Source of the DNA: Paludibacteraceae bacterium
GTDB lineage: Bacteria; Bacteroidota; Bacteroidia; Bacteroidales; Paludibacteraceae
Length of the DNA stretch: 64,000 nt
Reading direction: 5' to 3'
Assembly: GCA_024401645.1 (NCBI GenBank)
Contig: JAKSKR010000003.1
Location: 11,064 to 75,063 of the forward strand
Below are positions 28,329-37,351 of the stretch, piece after piece. Each line of letters begins with the position of its first letter. Position 1 is the stretch's first letter. The notes under the pieces were generated by a model. That model was not told the origin of the DNA, searched no databases, and was given only the letters and a program-made list of their open reading frames with translations. Made by a program: the position numbers and the translations under genes.

Positions 28329-29267
28329 CTACCTGTTCCACCATTCATCTTTTTGCTTAATGCCTATTTGTTCCCCTTCTTCGTCGTAAACGGCTTCTAT
28401 CTCGCTGTCGTTGTCCGAATATTTCTTCCAATCGTTGTCTACATATTTTTCGTTTAGTACTTCGCCTATGCCAATTCTAAAGTCTAGCGAAAATGGCAGT
28501 AGGTTGTCGCCCCAGATGGCTTTTAGGGTTTCGCCGGTTCTGTAGCTGGTCCAGGTGCCCACAAAGTTTCGGTTGCTGTATCCGTAGTTGTCTGCTCCGT
28601 CTCTGTCGGTTAATATTTGACGTTTCAGCTCATTTGTCATGAAGTTGAACGTGGCAAGAACATTTACTTTCGCATAGTAGCTACCTTTTAGTATGCCAGT
28701 ACCTTCTTCGTTCCGGTCTTCTTCAAGTTCGTAAGTTGCCAGTAGCGTGTATGACGCTGTGTCTGTCTTTGTCCTCAATTCGGCTGCTTTAGGGGTTTGT
28801 AGCACTTTCTGAACCTTAATGCTGCCAGTAAAGGGATGTGTTTGTTTGCCGCGTTTGGTTACGCCAAACACTCTTATGGCATTGTCTGCACCGGTTCTTG
28901 TGTAGTCTGAAACGTATACTTGCAGTCGCTTGTTTCTAGGGCCGAATACGCCATTGTAGGGCATTGCATTGTCGCCTTTCCTAATGTGAGACGAATATAG
29001 GTCTATGGCGTTTGCTTCGTAACCTTTTAAGTCGTTTGTCACATTCTTTGCACCTTGGCGGTAGCCATCCCACATAAGGTAGTCGTTCAAAGCTTTGCTA
29101 AAGTCTTGTTCTTCCCAAAGTGTTGAACTCGAATCGGGCATACCCCACATGGCTTGTTTAGTCTCGCCAAAAAGGGTAGTTGTGGTGTCAAGCTCCAGCG
29201 TAAGTGGTTCAGCCGCTTCTACGTTCATTGCCAACACTGGCAAGGTACAAAGCGCAAATATCCTCAT
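28329..29267 (-). CDS. Hypothetical exported protein, no recognisable domain
   Basis: 312 aa with an N-terminal hydrophobic signal-like segment (MRIFALCTLPVLAMNVEAA) and an acidic C-terminus ending EWWNR. Confidence 0.55.
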   Translation of the reverse strand: MRIFALCTLPVLAMNVEAAEPLTLELDTTTTLFGETKQAMWGMPDSSSTLWEEQDFSKALNDYLMWDGYRQGAKNVTNDLKGYEANAIDLYSSHIRKGDNAMPYNGVFGPRNKRLQVYVSDYTRTGADNAIRVFGVTKRGKQTHPFTGSIKVQKVLQTPKAAELRTKTDTASYTLLATYELEEDRNEEGTGILKGSYYAKVNVLATFNFMTNELKRQILTDRDGADNYGYSNRNFVGTWTSYRTGETLKAIWGDNLLPFSLDFRIGIGEVLNEKYVDNDWKKYSDNDSEIEAVYDEEGEQIGIKQKDEWWNR

Positions 29268-29273
29268 CTTGCT

Positions 29274-30308
29274 TTATTTGTATATCTTCTGTTTGTTGAG
29301 GGCGGCATGGTAACGTGCTGCGTTGGCCGAATGTTCTGCACCGGTCACTGCAAAGTTGTGGTAACCGCTAAAGTCCTCTTTCGCACACATATAGATGTAG
29401 TCTGTTTCTTTGTAGTTCAGCACTGCATCAATTGACTGGATGGAAGGTATGCGAATAGGGCCAGGAGGCAAACCTGCATACTTGTAGGTGTTGTATGGTG
29501 AGTCAGTTTGTAGGTGCTCGTTAAGTACACGGCGAAGGGTAAAGTCGTTTGCCGCATATTTCACGGTTGGGTCACTTTCCAACTTCATACCTTTGCGCAG
29601 GCGGTTAATGTATAGTCCGGCAATCAGTGGTTGCTCGTCATACTTCTGGTTCTGTTCTTCTTCTACGATCGATGCCAATACCGATACTTCTTGCTGGGTA
29701 AGGCCTGTACGCGCCAGCTTGTTCTTTCTTTTCTCGTTCCAGAATGCATCATATTCTTTCTTGATGCGGCTCATAAGTTTCTCGGGCGTAATGTCCCAAT
29801 ACACCTTGTAGGTGTTTGGCACGAACAGTCCTATTGCATTGTTGGCATCAACGCCCCATTGTTTCAACAGCTTTTCGTCTTTAATGGCTTTTAGGGCAGT
29901 AATTGAATCCATTTCCAATACTTCGGCTAGTCTTCCTGCAAGTTCGGGGGCTGTTCGCTTGTTGTTGAAGGTCAGCTTTACTTCTGTCTGGTTACCGCTA
30001 GCCAAAAGTCGCACAAGGTCAAAGTTGTTCATCTTGTCTTTCAACAGGTAGCACCCGCTTTTCACATGCTTGTCATATTTTTTCAGCTTGGCTGTTGTTA
30101 CGAACGAATTGATGTCTTTAACGGTGCCGGTCTTTTCCAGTGCGCTCACAACATCGTCCAACTTGTCGCCATGGCGAATGTATAGGAATTTCTGTTCGTC
30201 TGTCGGAACCTGAATGTTTGGTGTCATTAGGGTGCTGTAGCCATAGTAACCGATGCCCGCACCTATTAGTGCTATGGCGGCAATACCGCCAATAATCCAT
30301 TTTTTCAT
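29274..30308 (-). CDS. mltG: Endolytic murein transglycosylase MltG (YceG-like)
   Basis: 344 aa with an N-terminal TM segment, ...EVSVLASIVEEE... (catalytic Glu context) and PGPIRIPS...AVLN, typical of the YceG family. Confidence 0.88.
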   Translation of the reverse strand: MKKWIIGGIAAIALIGAGIGYYGYSTLMTPNIQVPTDEQKFLYIRHGDKLDDVVSALEKTGTVKDINSFVTTAKLKKYDKHVKSGCYLLKDKMNNFDLVRLLASGNQTEVKLTFNNKRTAPELAGRLAEVLEMDSITALKAIKDEKLLKQWGVDANNAIGLFVPNTYKVYWDITPEKLMSRIKKEYDAFWNEKRKNKLARTGLTQQEVSVLASIVEEEQNQKYDEQPLIAGLYINRLRKGMKLESDPTVKYAANDFTLRRVLNEHLQTDSPYNTYKYAGLPPGPIRIPSIQSIDAVLNYKETDYIYMCAKEDFSGYHNFAVTGAEHSANAARYHAALNKQKIYK

Positions 30309-30390
30309 ATCTATTGTTTCTTATTTCAGCTTAAAGTTTTGCTTTTTCATGCCAAAAGTAAAGAAAATGTAATAAAATATTGCTCGATAT

Positions 30391-30421
30391 TTTGGAAAGT
30401 TCAAAAAGTAGTGTAATTTTG
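30391..30421 (+). promoter_or_regulatory. Candidate Bacteroidota sigma-A promoter (TTTG-N19-TAATTTTG) for tRNA-Ser
   Basis: TTTG at 30391-30394 and TAATTTTG at 30414-30421, about 40 nt upstream of the tRNA 5' end. Confidence 0.5.
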
Positions 30422-30461
30422 TGTCACAAAACGAGAAGATGTCGAGCATTTGTCTCATTAT

Positions 30462-30548
30462 GGTGAGATGGGTGAGTGGCTGAAACCACCAGTTTGCTAA
30501 ACTGACGTACGGGTAACCGTACCGGGGGTTCGAATCCCCCTCTCACCG
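30462..30548 (+). tRNA. tRNA-Ser (anticodon GCU), type II with long variable arm
   Basis: Acceptor GGTGAGA/TCTCACC, anticodon loop TTGCTAA, variable arm CGTACGGGTAACCGTACC and T arm GGGGGTTCGAATCCCCC, folded by eye. Confidence 0.93.
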
Positions 30549-30559
30549 CTTCTTTGTTC

Positions 30560-30594
30560 AAGCGCCTATTGCTAATGCAGTTGGCGCTTTTTAT
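30560..30594 (+). terminator. Terminator hairpin downstream of tRNA-Ser
   Basis: aagcgcc (30560-30566) pairs with ggcgctt (30583-30589) and is followed by tttatttattt. Confidence 0.6.
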
Positions 30595-30610
30595 TTATTT
30601 TCATTTGCCG

Positions 30611-32008
30611 ATGGAAACTGTTCTTGATCCTAATGCCGATATTCAAACCGACGGCTTGCCTATGCCTCGCCGCATATATGCGGTGCTGGGTATTTGGTGT
30701 GGTATCTTCTTGTCGGTAATGAACAACAGCATCGCCAATGTCTCTTTGCCTACCATCTCGGCCGACTTGGGCGTCGAAGCTTCTACTGTTGTGTGGGTAA
30801 TCAATGCTTACCAATTGGCTACCATCATGCTCATTCTGCCTTTTGCCGCATTGGGCGAGATTTTCGGTTACCGTAAGGTCTATCTTGTTGGCATTGTTGT
30901 TTTTTCGTTGTCTAGTTTGGCTTGCGCCCTTTCCTCTAGTTTTCCGGTTTTGGTCGTTGCGCGTGTGTGCCAAGGCATCGGCTCTGCTTTCGTTACGTGT
31001 GTCAATACAACTCTGGTTCGTTTAATCTATCCAAAGCGAAAGTTGGGGCGTGGCATCGGCCTTAATGCTTCTGTCGTTGCAACATCGGCGGCGGCTGGAC
31101 CTGCGGTGGCAGGTGCTTTGCTTATGTTTTTCGACTGGCATATCCTTTTCGCCATCAATGTGCCGTTTGGCGTGTTCGCTTTCGCCCTGGGATGGTTCTT
31201 TTTACCGCGTGACCAAAAACATAACATTGGGCAGAAGTTCAATTTCAAATATAGTTTATTAAGTGCTGCTACTTTCGGCTTGCTGATTTTTACACTCGAA
31301 AGCTTTACGCACGGATGGTCCTGTTGGTCGACGGTCGTTCTTGGTGCGTTGTTCGTTCCGGTGGCATTTGTCTTTGTTCGTAGCCAGTTGTCGGCAAAGT
31401 ATCCGCTTCTGCCGTTCGACTTGTTGCGCATACCTTTGTTCTCGGTTTCCATCATGACTAGTGTTTGTTCCTATTTGGCACAAATGTTGGCGCTTATATC
31501 CTTGCCTTTTTTCTTCCAACGTGTTCTGGGGTATTCTGAATCGCAAACCGGAATGCTTATGACGTCGTGGCCTGTCATTATTATCTTTATTGCACCCGTT
31601 GCCGGATTCTTGGCGGAAAAGGTTCATGCGGGTGCCATGGGTGGTGTTGGGTTGGCTTGTTTGTCTGGCGGACTGTTTCTCTTATTTTCCTTGCAGGGTA
31701 ATCCGTCAACGTTTTCTATCGTTTGGCGCATGTTGTTGTGCGGTTTCGGTTTCGCTTTGTTCCAGTCTCCAAACAACAGCGCTATCGTAGGCTCGGCGCC
31801 TCGTGAGCGTAGTGGAAGTGCTAGCGGCATGTTAGCTACGGCACGTCTACTAGGGCAGACAACAGGAGCTTCTATTGCGGCTTTTGTCTTTATTGTTTTC
31901 CCCGACAATGGACCTCGTATGTCTTTGTTGGTAGCTGCGGCTATTGCTTGTGTTGCTTCTGTGGTTAGTTTTTCTCGCTTGTCTTTTCGGAAAACACAGT
32001 TCCAATAA
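30611..32008 (+). CDS. MFS transporter, 14-TMS drug:H+ antiporter (DHA2/EmrB-like)
   Basis: 465 aa, about 14 hydrophobic segments. MNNSIANVSLPTISADLG and GEIFGYRKVYL are typical of DHA2. I place the start at ATG 30611, after the tRNA terminator. Confidence 0.85.
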   Translation: METVLDPNADIQTDGLPMPRRIYAVLGIWCGIFLSVMNNSIANVSLPTISADLGVEASTVVWVINAYQLATIMLILPFAALGEIFGYRKVYLVGIVVFSLSSLACALSSSFPVLVVARVCQGIGSAFVTCVNTTLVRLIYPKRKLGRGIGLNASVVATSAAAGPAVAGALLMFFDWHILFAINVPFGVFAFALGWFFLPRDQKHNIGQKFNFKYSLLSAATFGLLIFTLESFTHGWSCWSTVVLGALFVPVAFVFVRSQLSAKYPLLPFDLLRIPLFSVSIMTSVCSYLAQMLALISLPFFFQRVLGYSESQTGMLMTSWPVIIIFIAPVAGFLAEKVHAGAMGGVGLACLSGGLFLLFSLQGNPSTFSIVWRMLLCGFGFALFQSPNNSAIVGSAPRERSGSASGMLATARLLGQTTGASIAAFVFIVFPDNGPRMSLLVAAAIACVASVVSFSRLSFRKTQFQ

Positions 32009-32103
32009 TAATCGTATGACTTTTCCCCATATTCATTATCAGTAAGATGGAAATTTTTTATACAAAAAATGCTTGAATGTTTTGCATTGTTCAAAATATT
32101 ACC

Positions 32104-32111
32104 TAATTTTG
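32104..32111 (+). promoter_or_regulatory. Candidate -7 box (TAATTTTG) for tRNA-Leu
   Basis: Exact TAnnTTTG match 32 nt upstream of the tRNA 5' end. Confidence 0.45.
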
Positions 32112-32142
32112 CACCGCAATCAAGCGATACCGAATGCTTAAT

Positions 32143-32224
32143 GCCCAGATGGCGGAATCGGTAGACGCGCTGGTCTCAAACACCAGTGGAGCAATCCATC
32201 CCGGTTCGATCCCGGGTCTGGGTA
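32143..32224 (+). tRNA. tRNA-Leu (anticodon CAA)
   Basis: Acceptor GCCCAGA/TCTGGGT (G1-U72 wobble), anticodon stem CTGGT/ACCAG with loop CTCAAAC, variable arm, and T arm CCCGGTTCGATCCCGGG. Confidence 0.9.
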
Positions 32225-32227
32225 CTG

Positions 32228-32256
32228 AACGGAAGAAGAAATTCTTCCGTTTTTTG
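32228..32256 (+). terminator. Terminator hairpin downstream of tRNA-Leu
   Basis: aacggaagaa (32228-32237) pairs with ttcttccgtt (32242-32251), followed by a T-run. Confidence 0.8.
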
Positions 32257-32268
32257 TTTTATATACTT

Positions 32269-32766
32269 ATGCAAATTTACTCTAGATACAATTCTCCCAT
32301 TGGCGAAATGTTATTGGCTAGCGACAAGGGCGGGCTAATTGGTGCTTGGTTCGTAGGGCAGAAGTATTATGCTAGTGTATTGCAAACTTCTGCTACGGCA
32401 GGATCTTCTATGTTTATTGATGATGCGGTGCGTTGGCTTAACGACTATTTTTCAGGTGCTCGCCCAAACTATGTACCCCAGTTGTCTTTTATTGGTTCTC
32501 CTTTCCGTTTGAAAGTGTGGAAGCTGCTGTTGACTATCCCTTATGGGCAAACAACTTCATATAAGGCGTTGTCTGATGCTGTTGCTGCACAGATGTCTTT
32601 ACCCCAAATGTCGGCTCAAGCGGTTGGTGGCGCTGTCGGACACAATCCTATTAGCATTATTGTGCCATGTCATAGGGTGTTAAGTGCCACTGGCAATCTT
32701 ACGGGTTATGCAGGCGGGCTAGACAGAAAGGAATATCTGTTAAGGCTAGAAGGGGCTATAAGGTAA
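32269..32766 (+). CDS. ogt: Methylated-DNA--protein-cysteine methyltransferase
   Basis: 165 aa with ...IPYGQTTSYKALS...AVGGAVGHNPISIIVPCHRVL (active-site PCHRV). I place the start at ATG 32269; the upstream part of the track ORF is the tRNA-Leu gene. Confidence 0.92.
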   Translation: MQIYSRYNSPIGEMLLASDKGGLIGAWFVGQKYYASVLQTSATAGSSMFIDDAVRWLNDYFSGARPNYVPQLSFIGSPFRLKVWKLLLTIPYGQTTSYKALSDAVAAQMSLPQMSAQAVGGAVGHNPISIIVPCHRVLSATGNLTGYAGGLDRKEYLLRLEGAIR

Positions 32767-32811
32767 TCTGGCTAGTATTGCAGTAAGATTCAAATGATTA
32801 TTGATATGAAA

Positions 32812-32837
32812 AAAGGGGATGTGTCTACATCCCCTTT
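32812..32837. terminator. Hairpin between convergent ogt (+) and the 32842..33306 gene (-)
   Basis: aaaggggatgt (32812-32822) pairs with acatccccttt (32827-32837) around a 4-nt loop. Confidence 0.7.
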
Positions 32838-32841
32838 AGCT

Positions 32842-33306
32842 TTATACAAGTTGTTGTCCCAGTTTCGAATAGTCTACTTTTGCAATCATGTCAGCCATTT
32901 TCTCAAGTCCTTCTTTAATTTTAGAACCCAAGGCCATTTTCAACATGAAAGGAAGGTCGGCTTTTAGCGTAAGCTTAATGGCGCTTTCGTTGTCGCTGGT
33001 TTGCTTCATCTGAATCCAAACATTGAATTCGAATGGTGAAGGCTGTCCGCCGAACTTAACGAGTTTGCCAGGCTCTCTTTCTACTATGAGGATTCCCATT
33101 CTGCCAACCATTGGTGCTTCAAAGAAGACTGAATCGGTATTGCATTCCATGCTTTCAAGAATCTTAAGCTTGTCGCCGTGTTCTTCCTTCATGTTTGCAG
33201 GAATCATGTTTCTCATTTTAGCCACATTGTTCATGTCCGACACCACTTTGTAGATGTCGTCTGCCTTTGCATATACTTTTTTGACGCTGCTTTCGTAGGT
33301 CTCCAT
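32842..33306 (-). CDS. Hypothetical protein, SRPBCC-fold (CoxG/polyketide-cyclase-like) suspected
   Basis: 154 aa with alternating beta-rich core and a C-terminal amphipathic helix (LKMALGSKIKEGLEKMADMIAK). The fold call is tentative. Confidence 0.55.
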   Translation of the reverse strand: METYESSVKKVYAKADDIYKVVSDMNNVAKMRNMIPANMKEEHGDKLKILESMECNTDSVFFEAPMVGRMGILIVEREPGKLVKFGGQPSPFEFNVWIQMKQTSDNESAIKLTLKADLPFMLKMALGSKIKEGLEKMADMIAKVDYSKLGQQLV

Positions 33307-33324
33307 TTCTTCTTATTTATAGTT

Positions 33325-33367
33325 AGAGACGCAAGAGGGCAGTTTTTGCATGCCTTTTTGCGTCTCT
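33325..33367 (-). terminator. 10-bp stem hairpin between pyrE and the downstream gene (weak T-tract on minus strand)
   Basis: agagacgcaa (33325-33334) pairs with ttgcgtctct (33358-33367). Confidence 0.4.
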
Positions 33368-33390
33368 TTTAGTTTCTTAATCTAATTTAA

Positions 33391-34023
33391 TTACTTACCC
33401 CAAGTGTCAGGTGTCTTTCTCCATTCAGAAAGGGTAACCTTGTCATCTTCGCTGATGAGTTCTTTCTTCAACAAGTGGTCAAGAACTGCCTCGTAGTTTG
33501 AAAGGGTAGTCAATTCGCAGTTGGCTTTCTTGAATTCGTCAGATGCTACTGGGAATCCGTATGTGAAGATTGCTACCATGCCAAGAACTTCGCAACCTTC
33601 CTTGCGGATGGCTTCTACTGCCTTCAAGCTGCTCTTGCCAGTTGATATGAGGTCTTCAACAACAACAACCTTCTGTGAGGTCTTAAGGTCGCCTTCAATA
33701 AGGTTTTCCAAACCATGGTCTTTCGGAGCTGAACGAACATAAACGAATGGAAGGCCAAGTTCGTCTGCTACCATAGCACCCTGTGCAATTGCACCAGTTG
33801 CAACACCGGCAATTACTTCTACTTCTGGATATTTCTCACGGATGATGCGTGCAATTTCAATCTTAATGAAAGTGCGGATGTCTGGGTATGAAAGGGTCTT
33901 GCGGTTGTCGCAGTATATTGGTGACTTCCAACCAGATGCCCAAGTGAATGGGTTTTCTGGCTGTACCTTAATTGCTTTAATCTTTAGCAGGTTTTCTGCT
34001 ACTAGGTTTTCGAGTTTTTCCAT
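33391..34023 (-). CDS. pyrE: Orotate phosphoribosyltransferase
   Basis: MEKLENLVAENLLKIKAIKV...FTWASGWKSPIYCDNR... and the PRPP motif KVVVVEDLISTGKSS. I place the start at ATG 34023. Confidence 0.93.
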   Translation of the reverse strand: MEKLENLVAENLLKIKAIKVQPENPFTWASGWKSPIYCDNRKTLSYPDIRTFIKIEIARIIREKYPEVEVIAGVATGAIAQGAMVADELGLPFVYVRSAPKDHGLENLIEGDLKTSQKVVVVEDLISTGKSSLKAVEAIRKEGCEVLGMVAIFTYGFPVASDEFKKANCELTTLSNYEAVLDHLLKKELISEDDKVTLSEWRKTPDTWGK

Positions 34024-34143
34024 ATTTATTTGAACAATTATTTTTTTCGTTTTAATCTTGTCAAAGTTATACAAAAGTGTAGATAATCAGGTAACCCTAA
34101 CGGCATTTATTTTCCTATTCTACAACACATGTTTTCAACTTCT

Positions 34144-34881
34144 TTACGCTTCTTTTTTCTTGCTGCCGAAAAGGTATATGATTACCGACATGGTAATGAA
34201 CAGTAAGATGATGGCAGGGATGGCTGCCATTTGAAGCCCAATTAGTAACAAGATTGAAGAACCTATTAAGATGTATTTTGGCTCGTTGCCTTTCCAGTGT
34301 AGGTGCTTAACCTTAAGCGAGAACATTGGCAATTCGCAAATCATTAGGTACGAGAAGATGGCTACATAGGCCAAAATGACGTACGGGTTAGATGCAATGC
34401 CACGCAACCATTCTACATTGTAGGTGCCCCAAATGTGTTCGGTGTCGAACAAGGCAATCAGCGATGCTGTTAACATGCTGACTGGCGGAGTTGGTAAGCC
34501 GATGAACGAACTGGTCTGGCGTTCGTCTAGGTTGAACTTTGCCAAACGTATTGCTGCAAATGCACTTAAAATGAAGCAAAGGTATGGCAGTGGGTCGCAC
34601 AAGTCTGCGTTTGTTACTTCCTTAAGCCATACGCATAGAATCATGCCTGGCGCCAAGCCGAAGCTGATGTCGTCTGCCAGCGAGTCTAACTCTTTCCCTA
34701 TTGGCGATGATACGTGTAGCAAACGTGCTGCCATACCATCGAAAAAGTCGAAGATAGATGCACAGTAAATAGCTAGCGAAGCGTAGAAGTAAAGATGATT
34801 GAATGCAAGGACACATGCAATAGCGCCTGAAATCAGGTTCAAGCATGTAATGGTGTTTGGTATATGCTTAACAATGCTCAT
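34144..34881 (-). CDS. pssA: CDP-diacylglycerol--serine O-phosphatidyltransferase
   Basis: CDP-alcohol phosphatidyltransferase motif FDFFDGMAARLLHVSSPIGKELDSLADDISFG, polytopic, adjacent to psd. Confidence 0.88.
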   Translation of the reverse strand: MSIVKHIPNTITCLNLISGAIACVLAFNHLYFYASLAIYCASIFDFFDGMAARLLHVSSPIGKELDSLADDISFGLAPGMILCVWLKEVTNADLCDPLPYLCFILSAFAAIRLAKFNLDERQTSSFIGLPTPPVSMLTASLIALFDTEHIWGTYNVEWLRGIASNPYVILAYVAIFSYLMICELPMFSLKVKHLHWKGNEPKYILIGSSILLLIGLQMAAIPAIILLFITMSVIIYLFGSKKKEA

Positions 34882-34939
34882 ATATCCAGTTTCTTTGGTA
34901 GTTAACCTATGGTATTAAAAATACGGTGAGTGTTTCACC

Positions 34940-35614
34940 TTAATTTTCCTTCTTCTTCAATCGGGCAATAACGGTCTGGTTACCTTTTACCGATTGTTTC
35001 ATGTTAACAAGAATCTCTGTGTCTAGCGGAAGGAACAAGTCGACGCGCGAACCGAACTTAATGAAACCAACCTGTTGGTTAATGTCGCAAGGCTCACCTT
35101 CTTTTGCATAGGTTACGATTCGGCGGGCCAGTGCTCCGGCAATCTGGCGCATCAAGATGCGGGTTTTGTCGGCGGTCTCAATTATGATGGTCGAACGTTC
35201 GTTCTCGTTACTCGATTTCGGAAGGTTTGCGTTCATAAAGTGGCCGTTGTTATGTACGTAGTAGGTCACCTTTCCCTTTGTTGGGTACCAGTTGGCATGA
35301 ACGTTGAAAATGCTCATGAAGATAGAAACCTGAATGCGACGTTCGTGTAGACATTCATTCTCGTCGGTTGGCTCTATCACAACAACAGTTCCGTCGGCTG
35401 GGGCTAGAATCATACCGTCTTCGTAATTCTCGAACACACGTTTAGGGTTCCTGAAGAAGTTGACGAAGAACAAGTAGATGCAAATGCTTCCCGTAATAAC
35501 TGATTTGTAGACGATTGAGGCGTCTTGATAACAATAATAAACAATAAGGTCGGCTATAATGAACAATATAGCCAATGTTATAAGTATGCCTCTACCTTCT
35601 TTATTTATTGTCAT
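34940..35614 (-). CDS. psd: Phosphatidylserine decarboxylase proenzyme
   Basis: 224 aa with an N-terminal TM region, ...APADGTVV.IE... and the C-terminal self-cleavage context GFIKFGSRVDLFLP. Confidence 0.88.
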   Translation of the reverse strand: MTINKEGRGILITLAILFIIADLIVYYCYQDASIVYKSVITGSICIYLFFVNFFRNPKRVFENYEDGMILAPADGTVVVIEPTDENECLHERRIQVSIFMSIFNVHANWYPTKGKVTYYVHNNGHFMNANLPKSSNENERSTIIIETADKTRILMRQIAGALARRIVTYAKEGEPCDINQQVGFIKFGSRVDLFLPLDTEILVNMKQSVKGNQTVIARLKKKEN

Positions 35615-35708
35615 CAGTAATCTGTTTTATTTACAAAATTAATAAAATGCTTTTATTCCTTGCTATTTTTTCCTTGCGAATGAGCCTTGCTATGTTGTCA
35701 AACATCAC

Positions 35709-36533
35709 TTATAGCATTTCCGAGCATAGCTTTATGGCTGTGAGCAAGAACAAAATGAACGGTGCTCCCAATAGGGCGCTGTCAAACCTGTCGAGCACAC
35801 CACCGTGCCCTGGTAGGAATTTGCCGGAATCTTTAATGCCAAGGTAACGCTTGAAGACCGACTCCACAAGGTCGCCAAGTGTGCCAATGGCAAACGAGGT
35901 TGCTGCAAACAACATCCACAGACCAGTGCTTAAGCCTAATGGATTGTTAACTCCCGTAATTAGGTTTGAAGCTATGTAGCCGGCAATTAGCGAGAATACC
36001 AATCCGCCGGTAGTTCCTTCCCATGTCTTCTTTGGCGATATGCGTTCACACATCTTGTGCTTGCCAAACAACTTGCCCGAACAATAGGCGCCTGTGTCGC
36101 TAACCCATACGAATATGTAGAAAGCCAATAGGTAATAGTAACCCATTTGCCATATTTGGCTCATGCAGCAGAATGGGAATGCAACGTACATTAGGCCTAG
36201 CAAACCAAAGGCGAGATTGTGCATTGGGTTTTCGCCTTTTCTAAAGACTTCTGCAATGAATAATATTGCCCAAAACGGCAAGAATGCGTAAAATCCATAA
36301 ACTGGGGCTACTATGCTGCAAAGGAATGCAATAATGCCTGCTACAATGCATAGCTTGTCAAGAGGGTTCGCACCGTTAATGTTCTTGCACAATGAGTAGA
36401 ACTCGCGCAAGCCCATTGCTAGTGTGACTGTGAAAATACAAGCAAATAGTATTGTGTTCTCACTTACTATTGCAGATATCATTGCTGCCACATAAATGGC
36501 ACCCGATAGTGCACGTGTTACGAGGTTATTCAC
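35709..36533 (-). CDS. cdsA: Phosphatidate cytidylyltransferase
   Basis: C-terminal signature SVFKRYLGIKDSGKFLPGHGGVLDRFDS. I place the start at GTG 36533 (VNNLVTRALSGAIYV...), because a TATTTTTG -7 box lies at 36581-36588, inside the longer track ORF. The start is uncertain. Confidence 0.85.
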   Translation of the reverse strand: MNNLVTRALSGAIYVAAMISAIVSENTILFACIFTVTLAMGLREFYSLCKNINGANPLDKLCIVAGIIAFLCSIVAPVYGFYAFLPFWAILFIAEVFRKGENPMHNLAFGLLGLMYVAFPFCCMSQIWQMGYYYLLAFYIFVWVSDTGAYCSGKLFGKHKMCERISPKKTWEGTTGGLVFSLIAGYIASNLITGVNNPLGLSTGLWMLFAATSFAIGTLGDLVESVFKRYLGIKDSGKFLPGHGGVLDRFDSALLGAPFILFLLTAIKLCSEML

Positions 36534-36580
36534 GATAACGATTTTTTTGTCTTTATTAGACGTTATGTTTATACAAATTG

Positions 36581-36588
36581 CAAAAATA
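36581..36588 (-). promoter_or_regulatory. Candidate -7 box (TATTTTTG on minus strand) for cdsA-psd-pssA
   Basis: The + strand reads caaaaata, an exact TAnnTTTG on the minus strand, about 48 nt upstream of GTG 36533. Confidence 0.45.
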
Positions 36589-36616
36589 CCTATTTTTCTT
36601 TTTACCAACAAATAAT

Positions 36617-36624
36617 TAACTTTG
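36617..36624 (+). promoter_or_regulatory. Candidate -7 box (TAACTTTG) for the divergent 36652..37047 gene
   Basis: Exact TAnnTTTG 27 nt upstream of ATG 36652. Confidence 0.45.
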
Positions 36625-36651
36625 GCCACAAATAAGATTTAAGTTTCTTTA

Positions 36652-37047
36652 ATGAAGTATTTCGAAGGTGTAAGGGTTTTTGCGGTACCAATTCCTCCTT
36701 TTTCATGCCGATCGTGTGCCGTTACATTGCCAGGGGTGGGTATTTTGTGTAGTCCTAGTCTTGTCGACAATGTTTATCTTCTGCGACATGAGTTCGGACA
36801 CATTTTGCAACGGCGCTATTTTGGCTGGTGGTTCTTCTGGTTCAAAGTTGCTCCGGTTAGCTTGTGGAGTGCGGTCAAGGCGGCTTTGCATGGCGGCAAG
36901 TCTTTTTATCATTGCGATACTTGGACCGAGTGGAGTGCCAACCGCTTGTCTTTTGCCTATTTTCATCAACCTGCCGATTGGCCCGATTGGCGTTTTCCGC
37001 GCATGGCTTGTCACCAACGAAAGGGCACTCAATTCCCGGTCGCTTAA
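36652..37047 (+). CDS. Small hypothetical protein with HExxH zinc-metallopeptidase-like motif
   Basis: 131 aa, Trp/Phe-rich, with LLRHEFGHILQ (aa 43-53). It is preceded by a -7 box. Competing ORFs in two other frames lack any motif. Confidence 0.45.
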   Translation: MKYFEGVRVFAVPIPPFSCRSCAVTLPGVGILCSPSLVDNVYLLRHEFGHILQRRYFGWWFFWFKVAPVSLWSAVKAALHGGKSFYHCDTWTEWSANRLSFAYFHQPADWPDWRFPRMACHQRKGTQFPVA

Positions 37048-37351
37048 TGAAAGAATTTTCCAAGTTTTTCATGCGAATGTTATATAACATAATTTTGCGG
37101 CATTAATTCGCAGTCGATATTGTGTTGATTTATATTTCTGGTTATTAGTTGTATATGCTTAATTTGGTGGCGAAAAGACTAACTAAAGGCCTAAATGACT
37201 GAAAAATGCAATTTTCAGATGGCTCTTTACTCACTCTTTTTAGTGTTTTAAAGTTCATTTTCCCTTTAAATATGTCTATGTCTTTTTTTTGTAAAACATT
37301 TAAACCGGTTATAGTGCTTGTTTATACCTTGTATATGTTATCTTTGTAGGT

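Noticed and set aside
30554-32268. Track ORF starts at 30554 (MFS) and 32134 (ogt) that run through tRNA or terminator sequence
   Set aside because: 30554-30610 covers the tRNA-Ser terminator hairpin, and 32134-32268 covers tRNA-Leu and its terminator. Downstream ATGs (30611, 32269) give canonical N-termini.
36680-37087. Alternative-frame ORFs (36680..37087 +, 36703..37032 -, 36864..37106 +, 36875..37090 -) overlapping the HExxH ORF
   Set aside because: They are mutually exclusive. Only the 36652 frame has a promoter-like box, an ATG start and a recognisable motif. The others probably reflect locally higher GC.
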